DNA of 64,000 nucleotides, taken from positions 190 to 64,189 of the forward strand of contig JAJAYD010000114.1 in assembly GCA_026786345.1 (NCBI GenBank). Reading direction: 5' to 3'. The notes below the pieces were generated by a model, which ran no database searches, had not been told where the DNA came from, and saw nothing but the letters and a program-made list of their open reading frames with translations. This document shows, in pieces, positions 9,617 to 19,816 of the stretch (position 1 is its first letter; each line of letters starts with the position of its first letter). Both the position numbers and the translations under genes were made by a program. Source of the DNA: Chitinophagaceae bacterium. GTDB lineage: Bacteria > Bacteroidota > Bacteroidia > Chitinophagales > Chitinophagaceae.

Positions 9617-10128
9617 TAAAAGATTTTATCTGGTTGTTTTATCAGTCAGGTTATCTTTTAATTAAACTGAACCCACGTTAATGGTAATTTCCATATACAT
9701 TACAGTTATTTCATGTGGATTGGCAGTGTAGGTTAGCCTTCCTACTTAGTTTTACAAAAGCGATTCTTCCTCTTTTTTAGGCTTGATTAAAGCCAAAATT
9801 TAAAAAATAGTTCGAAATCTTGTCTTTCAGGCACGTACGATTATGTGTTCAATTTTTATGGAATAGTACATGCAGGTAATAAAATCAAGGCATATGCGTT
9901 TTATGTGTGTTAAATATCATTATTGGATTTTAGAAAGATTTACGGAAACATTAATTAGTTTAAAATCAATTTGTTACAGATAATTTTAGATCTTCAAAAC
10001 AAATCAGGAAGATGTTTTTGCAACCATGCCATCACCTAAATCATCTATGGCATACATAAGAAAAGGTAGTTGAGAATAATGTAATATTGTCTAAGTATCG
10101 GTTTCCAATTCTTACTCCAGGTATTTTT

Positions 10129-10136
10129 TAGTTTTG
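10129..10136 (+). promoter_or_regulatory. Putative sigma-A -7 element of the polysaccharide operon
   Basis: TAGTTTTG matches TAnnTTTG, 100 nt upstream of the wzc ATG. Confidence 0.5.
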
Positions 10137-10235
10137 TGACTAAGAAGGGCGAAGCCGTATTACCACTTTTCGATTTACATGAAAAATCAGCCCACATTAA
10201 GATTTTAATTCAAGAATCTTTCAAAAACGAGTAAG

Positions 10236-12608
10236 ATGGACGAGGAAAAAGATTTATTCTCTGAAAAGACAAGTAAAGGCTTGAGCATTAAAGAAATAGC
10301 ATTAAAGTATCTATCTCATTATCCTTTATTCATTATATCGCTGGTAGTATGCCTGGGCGTAGCTTTCTTGTACCTAAGGTATACGGTGCCAAAGTATAAG
10401 GCCTCCACTCTCATAATGGTTAAAGGAAACCAACCTAGTGCTTCGCAACAGCAGGTTAATGATTTGGTAGGCGCTGCTATGAGTTCTCAATTGCAGGGTA
10501 ATCTAAATAATGAATTGATATCGTTACGCTCAACCAGCTTAATGCAAAAAGTAGTTTCCAAAAATGGATTTAATATATCCTACTATCATTTGGGAAAGTT
10601 TCTAAAAACTGATCTTTATTTAGATGCTCCGCTACGGTTGATCCCCAGCAACATCCTTGATAGTTTAAAAACCTTTGAAATAACGACAAAGAAATTAAAT
10701 AATGTAGGTGGTATTATTGATTATGGAACGGTTGATGAACCAAAATCATTAACCTTTAGGTGGAACAAAACCTTTACAATTAATGGGAGTTCTTATATAC
10801 TTTCTCCGGTAGCTGGTGCAACGTTTGACCTAAAAAATAGCTACTCAGTCCGGTGGGTGCCAATATGGGCAGCGTCATCTGAGATTTCGAGTAAAATGGG
10901 GATTTCAATTTTGAGTGAAAAATCAAGTATTTTACAATTAGAGATTTTGATTGAGAATGTAACCCGGGGAAAGGACATACTAAATGCTTTTGTTAAGGAG
11001 TATGACTTATCAGACATTGAAGACAGGAATTTACTTTCCCAATCTACTATCAGGTTTATAAATGAAAGGCTTGGATTAATTGCCGGGGAGTTGAGTGGTG
11101 TTGAAGGTAATTTGGAAAATTATCAATCCAGCAACCAAATAATTGACATGGGCGCCCAGTCGGGCCAGGCTTTTGGTAACTCAAACGATGCAAGTCAAAG
11201 TTTGCAAACCATTAATGTAAAGCAAAACATTGCTAAAATGTTAACCGGGTATTTTACCGGCCCGGATGCGGATGATAAATTGGTTCCTTCTACTATGGGG
11301 CTTGACGATCCAACGCTTTCTGCGCTAATAAGCAGTTACAACGAGTTGCAACTAAAAAGGCAAAAAGAGAGTGCTTTTGCAACAAAAAATAGCATCACTT
11401 TAAAAGATATTAATAACCAGTTGGTTGATGTAAAGGGTAGTATTTTGGAAGCGATAAATAATGTAAATAAAAATTTACGCCTGCAGGAAAGTAGTTTCCA
11501 ACAACAGAATAGTCAAAATAAAAGGTTTCTATCCTCACTTCCCCGAAAGGAAAGAATGATGCAGGAGATTAAAAGAAAACAAAGCATTACTGAAGGTTTG
11601 TACCTGTACCTTTTACAAAAAAGGGAAGAATCTGCCATTACCAGTACATCTGCAAGTCTCTCAAACTATAAGCAAATAGACCCTGCCTGGGGTTATGGCC
11701 CGGTTGAACCAAATTCAACCAATATAAAGTTATACGCTGGCTTGCTAGGCTTATTGTTGCCCATCGGTTTCGTTTACCTGCGTGACATGATGAATGATAA
11801 AATAACCAGCAGGGACGATATATCCAAGAAATTACCTGTACCTGTTTTGGGGGATATTGGTCATGAGATGAAAGGTAAGTTGCAAGGATTTTCGGTTACG
11901 GGCCGCGACATAATTGCTGAGCAATTTAGGATAATCAGAACAGCGCTTTCGCTTATGAAGAGCAGTAACAAACAAAAACAAGTCATATTAGTTACTTCAT
12001 CAGCAGGAGGAGAAGGTAAGTCGTTTGTAAGTACCAACCTGGCCGCTGTATTAGCCATTCCCGGAAGAAAAGTTGCATTGCTTGAATTTGATTTAAGAAA
12101 GCCCGGAATTTTAAAAACGCTCAATATTGAATCAAATGTTCCTGGTATTACCACGTTTATAAAGGGTAAGTCCAATAATATTTCCGAGTTATATATTGAA
12201 ATCGAAGAAATCCCTAGTCTTCATATTTATCCTTCGGGGCCTATACCAGGCAACCCTGGGGACCTGCTCATTAATGAAAGAGTGGAAAAGTTTTTCGAGG
12301 CACTTAAAAAGGAATATGAATACATCATCATTGACACTGCACCTGCAGGTTTGGTGAGTGACTGCTTTATTTTAGGTGAGTACGCCGACATTAGTTTGTA
12401 TGTTATCAGGCAGCGTGTTACCCTTAAAAAACAGCTCGATTTTATCAATGATATTTTTAGAACTGGCAAGCTTAGAAATATGGCTCTTGTTTTAAATGAT
12501 GTGAAGACCGGAGGAAAGTATGGTTATTATGGATATGGTGGTGGTTATGGATATGAAAGTTACATTGAACCGGAAAAAAAGAAAAAGAGGAAGTTTAGCC
12601 TTACTTAA
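10236..12608 (+). CDS. wzc: Polysaccharide co-polymerase / BY tyrosine kinase (Wzc-like)
   Basis: Wzz-like N-terminal TM region, coiled coil, second TM, Walker A SSAGGEGKS, LEFDLRKP, IIIDTAP, and a C-terminal Tyr cluster YGYYGYGGGYGYESY. Confidence 0.93.
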   Translation: MDEEKDLFSEKTSKGLSIKEIALKYLSHYPLFIISLVVCLGVAFLYLRYTVPKYKASTLIMVKGNQPSASQQQVNDLVGAAMSSQLQGNLNNELISLRSTSLMQKVVSKNGFNISYYHLGKFLKTDLYLDAPLRLIPSNILDSLKTFEITTKKLNNVGGIIDYGTVDEPKSLTFRWNKTFTINGSSYILSPVAGATFDLKNSYSVRWVPIWAASSEISSKMGISILSEKSSILQLEILIENVTRGKDILNAFVKEYDLSDIEDRNLLSQSTIRFINERLGLIAGELSGVEGNLENYQSSNQIIDMGAQSGQAFGNSNDASQSLQTINVKQNIAKMLTGYFTGPDADDKLVPSTMGLDDPTLSALISSYNELQLKRQKESAFATKNSITLKDINNQLVDVKGSILEAINNVNKNLRLQESSFQQQNSQNKRFLSSLPRKERMMQEIKRKQSITEGLYLYLLQKREESAITSTSASLSNYKQIDPAWGYGPVEPNSTNIKLYAGLLGLLLPIGFVYLRDMMNDKITSRDDISKKLPVPVLGDIGHEMKGKLQGFSVTGRDIIAEQFRIIRTALSLMKSSNKQKQVILVTSSAGGEGKSFVSTNLAAVLAIPGRKVALLEFDLRKPGILKTLNIESNVPGITTFIKGKSNNISELYIEIEEIPSLHIYPSGPIPGNPGDLLINERVEKFFEALKKEYEYIIIDTAPAGLVSDCFILGEYADISLYVIRQRVTLKKQLDFINDIFRTGKLRNMALVLNDVKTGGKYGYYGYGGGYGYESYIEPEKKKKRKFSLT

Positions 12609-12660
12609 ACAAGTATAAATTTTACAATAACTAGTAAGGAGATATTTACTGGAATACAGC

Positions 12661-13530
12661 ATGGTGAAATTATATTTAATGACTAAAAAAGGCTATGAAG
12701 TTTTAAATTTTTTAGTCAATAATGGGTTCACTAATCATATTGCTGCTGTTATTTCGTCAAACGATCGCAATGTAGTAAAAGATTATTACGATGAAATAAA
12801 GGTGCTTTGTACAAAGGCCGGAATTAAGTTTGCAAACCGAACCGAAAATATTGGTAATATAAATTGTGAATTGTCAGTCGCAATTTCATGGCGCTGGTTA
12901 ATCAATGAAAACGAGCTCATAGTATTTCATGACTCAATACTACCAAAGTATCGGGGATTTTCTCCTCTTGTTAATATGTTGATTAACGGTGAACAAAATA
13001 TAGGTGTTACGGCACTTTTTGCAAATGAAGAATATGATAAAGGAGATATCATTTCGCAGTCTGTCCAAAAAATCAAGTATCCGATTACTATCGAAAAAGC
13101 GATTGAACAAATTACTAAAAATTATATTGAATTAGCTTCTCATATTTTTCAGGCAGTTTCTAAGAATGAAAAAATTGTGGGTAAAAAACAGTTAGATGAA
13201 AATGCCAGTTATAGTTTGTGGCGCGATGAAAAGGACTATTTTATTGACTGGACGGGAGACTCTGCTGGAATTAAAAGATTTGTTGATGCGGTGGGCTTTC
13301 CATTCAAGGGAGCATCTACCACATGTGATGGAAAGTCTATAAAAATATTGAGCGTTATTGAACAACATGATGTAACAATTGAGAATCGTCTTCCTGGAAA
13401 AGTTATTTTTTTAAAACAAGGCAAGCCGGTTGTTGTATGTGGAAGTGGACTGATTCTAATAGGAGAGATGAGACTGGCCGAGTCTAACGAACTCTTTCAA
13501 ATTAAGAAGTTTAGAACCCGTTTTCAATAA
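12661..13530 (+). CDS. Formyltransferase family protein, probably an NDP-amino-sugar N-formyltransferase
   Basis: HDSILPKYRG and EYDKGDII motifs, an Fmt-like C-terminal domain, and position inside a polysaccharide operon. Confidence 0.8.
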   Translation: MVKLYLMTKKGYEVLNFLVNNGFTNHIAAVISSNDRNVVKDYYDEIKVLCTKAGIKFANRTENIGNINCELSVAISWRWLINENELIVFHDSILPKYRGFSPLVNMLINGEQNIGVTALFANEEYDKGDIISQSVQKIKYPITIEKAIEQITKNYIELASHIFQAVSKNEKIVGKKQLDENASYSLWRDEKDYFIDWTGDSAGIKRFVDAVGFPFKGASTTCDGKSIKILSVIEQHDVTIENRLPGKVIFLKQGKPVVVCGSGLILIGEMRLAESNELFQIKKFRTRFQ

Positions 13531-13656
13531 GTAATTTCCTTTTTCATTTGCATCCTTTTCCCCAACTGCCGAACCTGTTCTTGCCATCTGCACTTCAATA
13601 ATTAATTTTTCGCTAAACGCGTTAGTCAACTTTACCTAAACACAAAAAAAAGATTA

Positions 13657-14517
13657 ATGGATGATGTTATAATTGTAGATCAAAAATGGGATCTTGAAAT
13701 AAAGCCCACAAACAGCATTTTTAATTTACAACTTAAGGATGTTTGGAACTACCGCGACTTACTTTGGTTATTAGTCAGAAGGGATTTTGTTTCATTTTAT
13801 AAGCAAACAATTCTCGGGCCTCTATGGTTTTTTATTCAGCCCCTCTTTACTACCATTATATTTACGCTTGTCTTTGGACAAATGGGTGGTTTTTCTACCG
13901 ATAGTCTTCCACAGCCCCTTTTTTATATGGCAGGGATAACTGCCTGGAATTATTTTGCTGAATGCCTTACAAAAACAAGTACGGTGTTTAGTGTAAATGC
14001 AGCCATTTTTGGCAAAGTATATTTTCCTCGTTTAATAATGCCATTAAGTATAGTGGTAAGCAACCTTGTTAGATTTGGTGTTCAGTTATTATTGTTTTTA
14101 ATGGTAATGGGTTTTTACTGGTACCAGGGGGCAAGATTCAACATTACGTGGGCCATTGCCTTATTTCCTATTATCGTTGTATTAATGGCATTGTTAGGTT
14201 TGGGCGGTGGAATGATTATATCTTCTCTTACTACCAAATATCGCGATCTCGCCTTTCTCTTTACTTTTGCAGTACAGCTTTTAATGTATGCTACAACGGT
14301 AATTTATCCATTGTCTTCCGCACCTGAAAAATATAAGTGGTTAATTGAACTTAATCCAATGACTGCAATCATCGAGACCTTTCGTTATGGATTTCTCGGT
14401 CAGGGATCTTTTACATGGTACTCTTTTGGCTATTCAAGTTTGGTAACATGTGGGTTGGTTGTTTTTGGTGTAATAATTTTTAATAAAGTCGAAAAAAACT
14501 TTATAGATACTGTTTAG
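13657..14517 (+). CDS. wzm: ABC-2 polysaccharide exporter permease (Wzm)
   Basis: RDFVSFYKQTILGPLW, KVYFPRL, YRDL and LNPM motifs; about 6 TM segments. Confidence 0.92.
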   Translation: MDDVIIVDQKWDLEIKPTNSIFNLQLKDVWNYRDLLWLLVRRDFVSFYKQTILGPLWFFIQPLFTTIIFTLVFGQMGGFSTDSLPQPLFYMAGITAWNYFAECLTKTSTVFSVNAAIFGKVYFPRLIMPLSIVVSNLVRFGVQLLLFLMVMGFYWYQGARFNITWAIALFPIIVVLMALLGLGGGMIISSLTTKYRDLAFLFTFAVQLLMYATTVIYPLSSAPEKYKWLIELNPMTAIIETFRYGFLGQGSFTWYSFGYSSLVTCGLVVFGVIIFNKVEKNFIDTV

Positions 14518-14560
14518 TTCTAAACGTTGTTCACTCTAAAAACATACTAAAATTTAAATT

Positions 14561-15832
14561 ATGGCCAAAGCCATTAAAGTTGAAAATATTTCGAAAGCAT
14601 ACCAATTGGGTTCAATTGGCACAGGAACGCTCTCTCGCGATATTGAACGTTGGTATGCCCGCATTAGAGGTAAAGAAGATCCATTTTTAAAGATTGGGGA
14701 AGCTAATGACAGATCAATTAAAGGCACCAGCAATATTGTCTGGAGTTTGAAAGATATTAATTTCGAAATAAATGAAGGGGATGCTGTTGGAATAATAGGA
14801 AGAAACGGTGCTGGAAAAAGTACTTTATTAAAAATACTTAGCCGGGTTACTGCGCCCACTACCGGCAGCATAAAAGTCAAGGGAAGAATTGCCAGCCTAT
14901 TGGAGGTGGGAACGGGATTTCATCCTGAGCTGACAGGTAAAGAGAATATCTATCTTAACGGGGCTATTCTTGGCATGAGAAAAAAAGAAATTTCACGAAA
15001 GTTTGATGAGATTGTTGACTTTTCAGGTGTAGAGCGTTACATAGATACCCCTGTAAAAAGATACTCATCGGGTATGTATGTCAGGCTTGCTTTTGCGGTG
15101 GCTGCTTATTTGGAATCTGAAACATTAATTGTTGATGAGGTTTTAGCTGTAGGCGATGCAGAGTTTCAACGAAAGTGTTTAGGTAAAATGGGTGAAGTTA
15201 GTAAAGGACAAGGCCGCACCGTGTTGTTTGTAAGTCATAATATGAGCGCTGTTTCTCAATTATGTACTAAAGGCATAGTCTTAAAAAACGGTGCCATTAT
15301 ATATAATGGCAGCAGTGAGGGAGCAATTCACAACTACCTTAGTAATAATGCTCAAATTTCAACTTATACAGCCCAAAATAATAATCAACCAATACAAATA
15401 CTGGATGCTGCTATAACCAACGAAAATGAAGAAGTTACCAATAGTTTTAGACACGATGAAAACATATGTGTAATTCTTAGAGTGCGACATAATTCGTTTG
15501 AGACAGGCGTCAGATGTGCAATTAATGTGTTAGACACTATGGAAAAGCTAATTATGGTACATCGAATTAGCATAACTTCTAAATCGGGCGAAACAGCGTA
15601 TAAAGTAACGATACCGGCAAGCTTTTTAGTTCCAAATAATTTTAAAATATTATTATCACTCTATATACCGCAGGTTAAGGCTATTGAAATTTTAAAAGAC
15701 TATTTGTCATTTGAAGTAATTGATACAGGATCGGAAAAAGTACATGCAGGAGAAAATCATGAAGGACTTGTTTTCTCAAATATGCATTCGGAGGTCATCA
15801 ACAAGGAAACCTTGACAAAATCTATCCGGTAA
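14561..15832 (+). CDS. wzt: ABC polysaccharide exporter ATPase with a C-terminal Wzt_C-like domain
   Basis: GRNGAGKST, YSSGMYVRLAF, VDEVLAVGD and VSH motifs, plus a ~150-aa C-terminal extension. Confidence 0.93.
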   Translation: MAKAIKVENISKAYQLGSIGTGTLSRDIERWYARIRGKEDPFLKIGEANDRSIKGTSNIVWSLKDINFEINEGDAVGIIGRNGAGKSTLLKILSRVTAPTTGSIKVKGRIASLLEVGTGFHPELTGKENIYLNGAILGMRKKEISRKFDEIVDFSGVERYIDTPVKRYSSGMYVRLAFAVAAYLESETLIVDEVLAVGDAEFQRKCLGKMGEVSKGQGRTVLFVSHNMSAVSQLCTKGIVLKNGAIIYNGSSEGAIHNYLSNNAQISTYTAQNNNQPIQILDAAITNENEEVTNSFRHDENICVILRVRHNSFETGVRCAINVLDTMEKLIMVHRISITSKSGETAYKVTIPASFLVPNNFKILLSLYIPQVKAIEILKDYLSFEVIDTGSEKVHAGENHEGLVFSNMHSEVINKETLTKSIR

Positions 15833-15863
15833 ATTTTGTCAAAACTTCAAGCACACATAGTAA

Positions 15864-17180
15864 ATGGCAGGTAAAAATATTTTGTTGTTGTCCTATAGAG
15901 ACCATAGGGGCGATGGAGTGGCAGCCTTTAACATAGGTAAATATTTACATGACAGTAAGTATAACGTTAAGATGGTTGTTTCCGAAAAAACAAAAACGGA
16001 TACGTTTATAGTTACTCCATCTCCTTCAAACAAAAGCAAGTCGCTAACTAATACTTTATACAAGAAATTAATTAAAAAAATCAGCAAAAAATTTCTGCGA
16101 ACTTATCAATATCAGTATAAGGATTTTGATGACAAGTATGATTTCTTTTTGGATCAGGAGGTCAACGAGCATTTTTCAGCAGAATCAATATTAAACGCTA
16201 TTACATTTACTCCTGATTTAATCCTGGTTGCTTCAATACACGATTTGATTAATACAACGGAACTTGCGAAAATCAGACTGCAAACACTGGCTCCGGTTTA
16301 TTTTCTTATGATGGATATGTTTCCACTTACAGGTGGATGCCATCATGCCTGGGATTGCGAAGGCTATAAATCGGGTTGCAAAAATTGTCCTGCAATACTA
16401 AACGATCAAATCAAAGACAGGGCAGGAAAAAATTTTGAAATTAAGTCTAAAAACATCAGACAGACAGGTATGAATGTAATAGCACTGTCTGGAAGAACGT
16501 TGGAGCAGGCAAAACAGTCTCTTATTTTTAAAGATCAAAAAATATTTTATAATATAAATGGTTTTGTTGACCAGGGAATTTTTAACGACTACAGCAGGGA
16601 TTATGCTAAACATCTTTTTAAATTAAGCAAAAACGATAAAGTTATTTTTACAGGTGCAGAACATGTATCGAATGAAAGAAAGGGCTTTAAATATTTTATA
16701 GAGGCGATCAAAATCCTTCATGGTTTACTTTCGGACGAAGAAAGATCAGGTGTAGTTGTTATGATTGCAGCTAAACCAGAACAAAATGAGGAATTGTTAA
16801 GACAAATTCCTTTTAGAACAAAACTGTTAGAGTTTATTCAAGACGATCGTTTACTATCGGTTGCTTACCAGGCAGCAGATGTTTTTGTTTGCTCTTCAAT
16901 TGAAGATCCCGGGCCTATTACAGTTTCTCAGGCCTTGGCTTGCGGCACCCCGGTGGCAGGATTTTATATGGGCTCAATTTCTAATTTAGTAAAAAATAAT
17001 GTGAACGGATATAAAGCTCCTCTTCGAAATAGTGAAGAACTGGCGTTTGGAATTGCAAAGCTTTTGAAACTTAATGAAGAAGAATTCAAGTTATATTCAA
17101 ATAATGCAATAGAAGAAGTTTCAAAATTTTCCTCAAAAAATAACTTCTTAAAAACCGTTGAAGAAATATTAAATAATTAA
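15864..17180 (+). CDS. GT4 glycosyltransferase (WcaC-like)
   Basis: LTGGCH...C..CP, RKG and YQAADVFV...ACGTPV motifs. Confidence 0.85.
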   Translation: MAGKNILLLSYRDHRGDGVAAFNIGKYLHDSKYNVKMVVSEKTKTDTFIVTPSPSNKSKSLTNTLYKKLIKKISKKFLRTYQYQYKDFDDKYDFFLDQEVNEHFSAESILNAITFTPDLILVASIHDLINTTELAKIRLQTLAPVYFLMMDMFPLTGGCHHAWDCEGYKSGCKNCPAILNDQIKDRAGKNFEIKSKNIRQTGMNVIALSGRTLEQAKQSLIFKDQKIFYNINGFVDQGIFNDYSRDYAKHLFKLSKNDKVIFTGAEHVSNERKGFKYFIEAIKILHGLLSDEERSGVVVMIAAKPEQNEELLRQIPFRTKLLEFIQDDRLLSVAYQAADVFVCSSIEDPGPITVSQALACGTPVAGFYMGSISNLVKNNVNGYKAPLRNSEELAFGIAKLLKLNEEEFKLYSNNAIEEVSKFSSKNNFLKTVEEILNN

Positions 17181-17433
17181 AAAATAACTTTTTAAAGTTG
17201 TTTTGATTTTACAAAATGAGAGCCGTTTCTACAATCTATTTTTTGTTTTAATTTATCTTGTTTTTTCGATAATTTATTAGGCCACGTTTAATTCTTTTAA
17301 AATACTGGTATTGTTCCTGCGGTGTCGTGTATAGAAATACAACACAGTTTAAAACAGTAATATTTCTTATGAAATGTCAGTTATGATATTTATAGTTAAC
17401 CTTATCGTTCATTAAATACTTATTTAATCTTTT

Positions 17434-18630
17434 TTGATGTTGATACCTTTTAATAAGCCTTTTTTAACAGGCCTTGAAACTAAGTATATAGTAGAGGCTG
17501 TAGATTCTGGAAAAATTTCAGGCGATTGTATTTTTACAAAGAAGTGCCATAGCTTTTTTGAGACTTCCTTCGGGTTTAAAAAAGTGCTGTTAACCACCTC
17601 TTGCACTCATGCGTTGGAGATGGCTGCTATATTAATTGATTTACAACCCGGCGATGAGGTAATTATACCGAGTTATACTTTTGTTTCAACAGCCAATGCG
17701 TTTATTTTAAGAGGGGCAAAGGTTGTTTTTGCAGATAGCCAGACGTGCAATCCAAATATCGATGCGTCACTTTTAGAAAGTTTGATTACTTCTAAAACAA
17801 AAGCAATTGTTCCAGTGCATTACGCAGGTATATCTTGCGATATGGATGTAATAATGGATTTGGCAGCTAAATACAATCTTTGGGTGGTTGAAGATGCAGC
17901 CCAGGCAATCGATAGTTACTATAAAGGAAGAGATGGCATTAAAAAGCCTTTAGGATCTATAGGTCATTTATCGGCTTTTTCTTTTCACGAAACTAAAAAT
18001 ATAATAGCAGGTGAGGGGGGTATGTTGGCCATAAACGACAATCGTTTTATAACACGGTCCGAGATAATTCGCGAAAAGGGTACCAACCGTTCTGAATTTT
18101 TTAGGGGCGAGGTTGATAAATATGGTTGGGTTGATATTGGATCATCGTACCTGCCATCAGAAGTAATTGCCGCCTTTTTATTTGCGCAGCTTGAAAATTT
18201 AAATCACATTCAACTAAAGCGTAAAAGCTTATGGGAACGCTACAGTGAAAATCTTTCTGATTTTGCAGCAATCTTTAATCTGCAACTGCCCTATGTTAAT
18301 TCTTATGCTACTAATAATGCTCACATGTTTTATATTGTTTGCAACAACCTCAGGCAAAGAAGCGCATTAATAGATTTTTTGAAAAGTAAAAGCATACTCT
18401 CTGTATTTCATTATTTATCGCTCCACTCAAGCCAGTATTTTAAAGGAAAACATGATGACAGAGCTTTAATTGAAAGTGACCGTTATTCAGATTGTCTTCT
18501 AAGGCTTCCTATGTATTATGAGCTTACTATAATGCAGGTTGATTTAATTTGCGATTACATAAAAGAGTTTTTTAACCTGCAAAAAGATCCAATTTCAACC
18601 TTAAAAACTCAAGAAACTTCAATGGTATAA
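17434..18630 (+). CDS. rffA: dTDP-4-amino-4,6-dideoxygalactose transaminase (WecE/RffA-like, DegT family)
   Basis: IPFNKP, TTSCTHALEM, VEDAAQ, FSFHETKN (PLP lysine), EKGTNRS.F.RG.VDKY.W and LLRLP motifs. Confidence 0.9.
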   Translation: MMLIPFNKPFLTGLETKYIVEAVDSGKISGDCIFTKKCHSFFETSFGFKKVLLTTSCTHALEMAAILIDLQPGDEVIIPSYTFVSTANAFILRGAKVVFADSQTCNPNIDASLLESLITSKTKAIVPVHYAGISCDMDVIMDLAAKYNLWVVEDAAQAIDSYYKGRDGIKKPLGSIGHLSAFSFHETKNIIAGEGGMLAINDNRFITRSEIIREKGTNRSEFFRGEVDKYGWVDIGSSYLPSEVIAAFLFAQLENLNHIQLKRKSLWERYSENLSDFAAIFNLQLPYVNSYATNNAHMFYIVCNNLRQRSALIDFLKSKSILSVFHYLSLHSSQYFKGKHDDRALIESDRYSDCLLRLPMYYELTIMQVDLICDYIKEFFNLQKDPISTLKTQETSMV

Positions 18631-18691
18631 GACTGGATTATTCAGTTGAAGTAAACATTTTCCATCTCCATTTATCCTTAAAAACAGTTAC

Positions 18692-19816
18692 GTGAGTCTT
18701 GTAAGATCAATAGCCTTTTATCTACCCCAGTTTCATCCAATACCCGAAAACGATGAGTGGTGGGGTAAGGGATTTACTGAATGGACAAATGTTGTTAAAG
18801 CCAAACCGTTGTTTAAAGGTCACTATCAACCAAAGTTACCTACTGAATTAGGTCTTTATGATTTGCGGGTTCCTGAAGTTAGAGAGCAGCAAGCCAATCT
18901 GGCTAAAGAATATGGCATTGAGGGCTTTTGTTATTGGCATTATTGGTTTGGTAATGGCCGGCGTATTTTGGAGAGGCCTTTTAATGAAGTACTTGACAGC
19001 GGTAAGCCTGATTTTCCATTTTGCCTTGCCTGGGCAAACGAAACCTGGACAGGCATTTGGCATGGGTTAAACAACGAAATTTTGATGGAGCAGACGTATC
19101 CCGGTAGGGATGACTATTTAGCTCACTTCCATTGTCTGCTAAAGGCTTTTAAAGATAAAAGATACATGAGGGTTGATGATAAGCCCATATTTGTTGTGTA
19201 TCGTCCCAAAGCTATTCCCGATATAAAATTATTTGTAGACATTTTTCAAGAGCAAGCTGTACAGAATGGCTTAAAAGGTGTGTACCTGATAGCTACTAAT
19301 GTTAATACAGATTGGGATGCCCAGGCAAATGGTTTTGATGCAATAACGCCCTCTAACCACGACAAGCTTGCTTATGTGCGATCAGAGAGTAATGTTAAAA
19401 ACTTTTATCGTAGGCAATTAAACCGAAAGAGGGTCTCAAAAGTATTTAAAAAGATATTTAAGAAGCCTACGCATGTTTACGAATATAAAGAGGCCATGAA
19501 ATGGTTTGTAAAGGATGAAAATTCAAAATCGATGATTTATCCAATGGTAATACCTAATTGGGATAACACGGCGAGAAGTGGGGTTAATGGTTTTGTGCTG
19601 CATAATTCAACTCCTGATTTATTTAAGCAGGTAATGCAAAAGGCAATCAATAAGGTCAGGGATTTGCCTGCTGATAAAAGAATTGTATTTATAAAGTCGT
19701 GGAACGAATGGGCAGAAGGCAATTATATTGAGCCTGATAAAAAATATGGAAGAAAATATTTGGAAGTGATAAAAGAGTTGATAGCTAACAATAGCTCTGA
19801 AAGCCCGGTAAAATGA
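18692..19816 (+). CDS. WbsX-family glycosyltransferase (GH99-like domain protein)
   Basis: AFYLPQFHPIPENDEWWGKGFTEW, WANETW, PNWDNTAR and SWNEWAEG motifs. Confidence 0.88.
   Translation: MSLVRSIAFYLPQFHPIPENDEWWGKGFTEWTNVVKAKPLFKGHYQPKLPTELGLYDLRVPEVREQQANLAKEYGIEGFCYWHYWFGNGRRILERPFNEVLDSGKPDFPFCLAWANETWTGIWHGLNNEILMEQTYPGRDDYLAHFHCLLKAFKDKRYMRVDDKPIFVVYRPKAIPDIKLFVDIFQEQAVQNGLKGVYLIATNVNTDWDAQANGFDAITPSNHDKLAYVRSESNVKNFYRRQLNRKRVSKVFKKIFKKPTHVYEYKEAMKWFVKDENSKSMIYPMVIPNWDNTARSGVNGFVLHNSTPDLFKQVMQKAINKVRDLPADKRIVFIKSWNEWAEGNYIEPDKKYGRKYLEVIKELIANNSSESPVK

Noticed and set aside
9620-10120. Degraded wza or upxY in the long intergenic gap
   Set aside because: No recognisable coding remnant by eye; a tBLASTn search would be needed.
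12661-13530. Housekeeping methionyl-tRNA formyltransferase (fmt)
   Set aside because: It lacks the typical Fmt N-terminal GTP.FA and QPD motifs and sits in a sugar operon.
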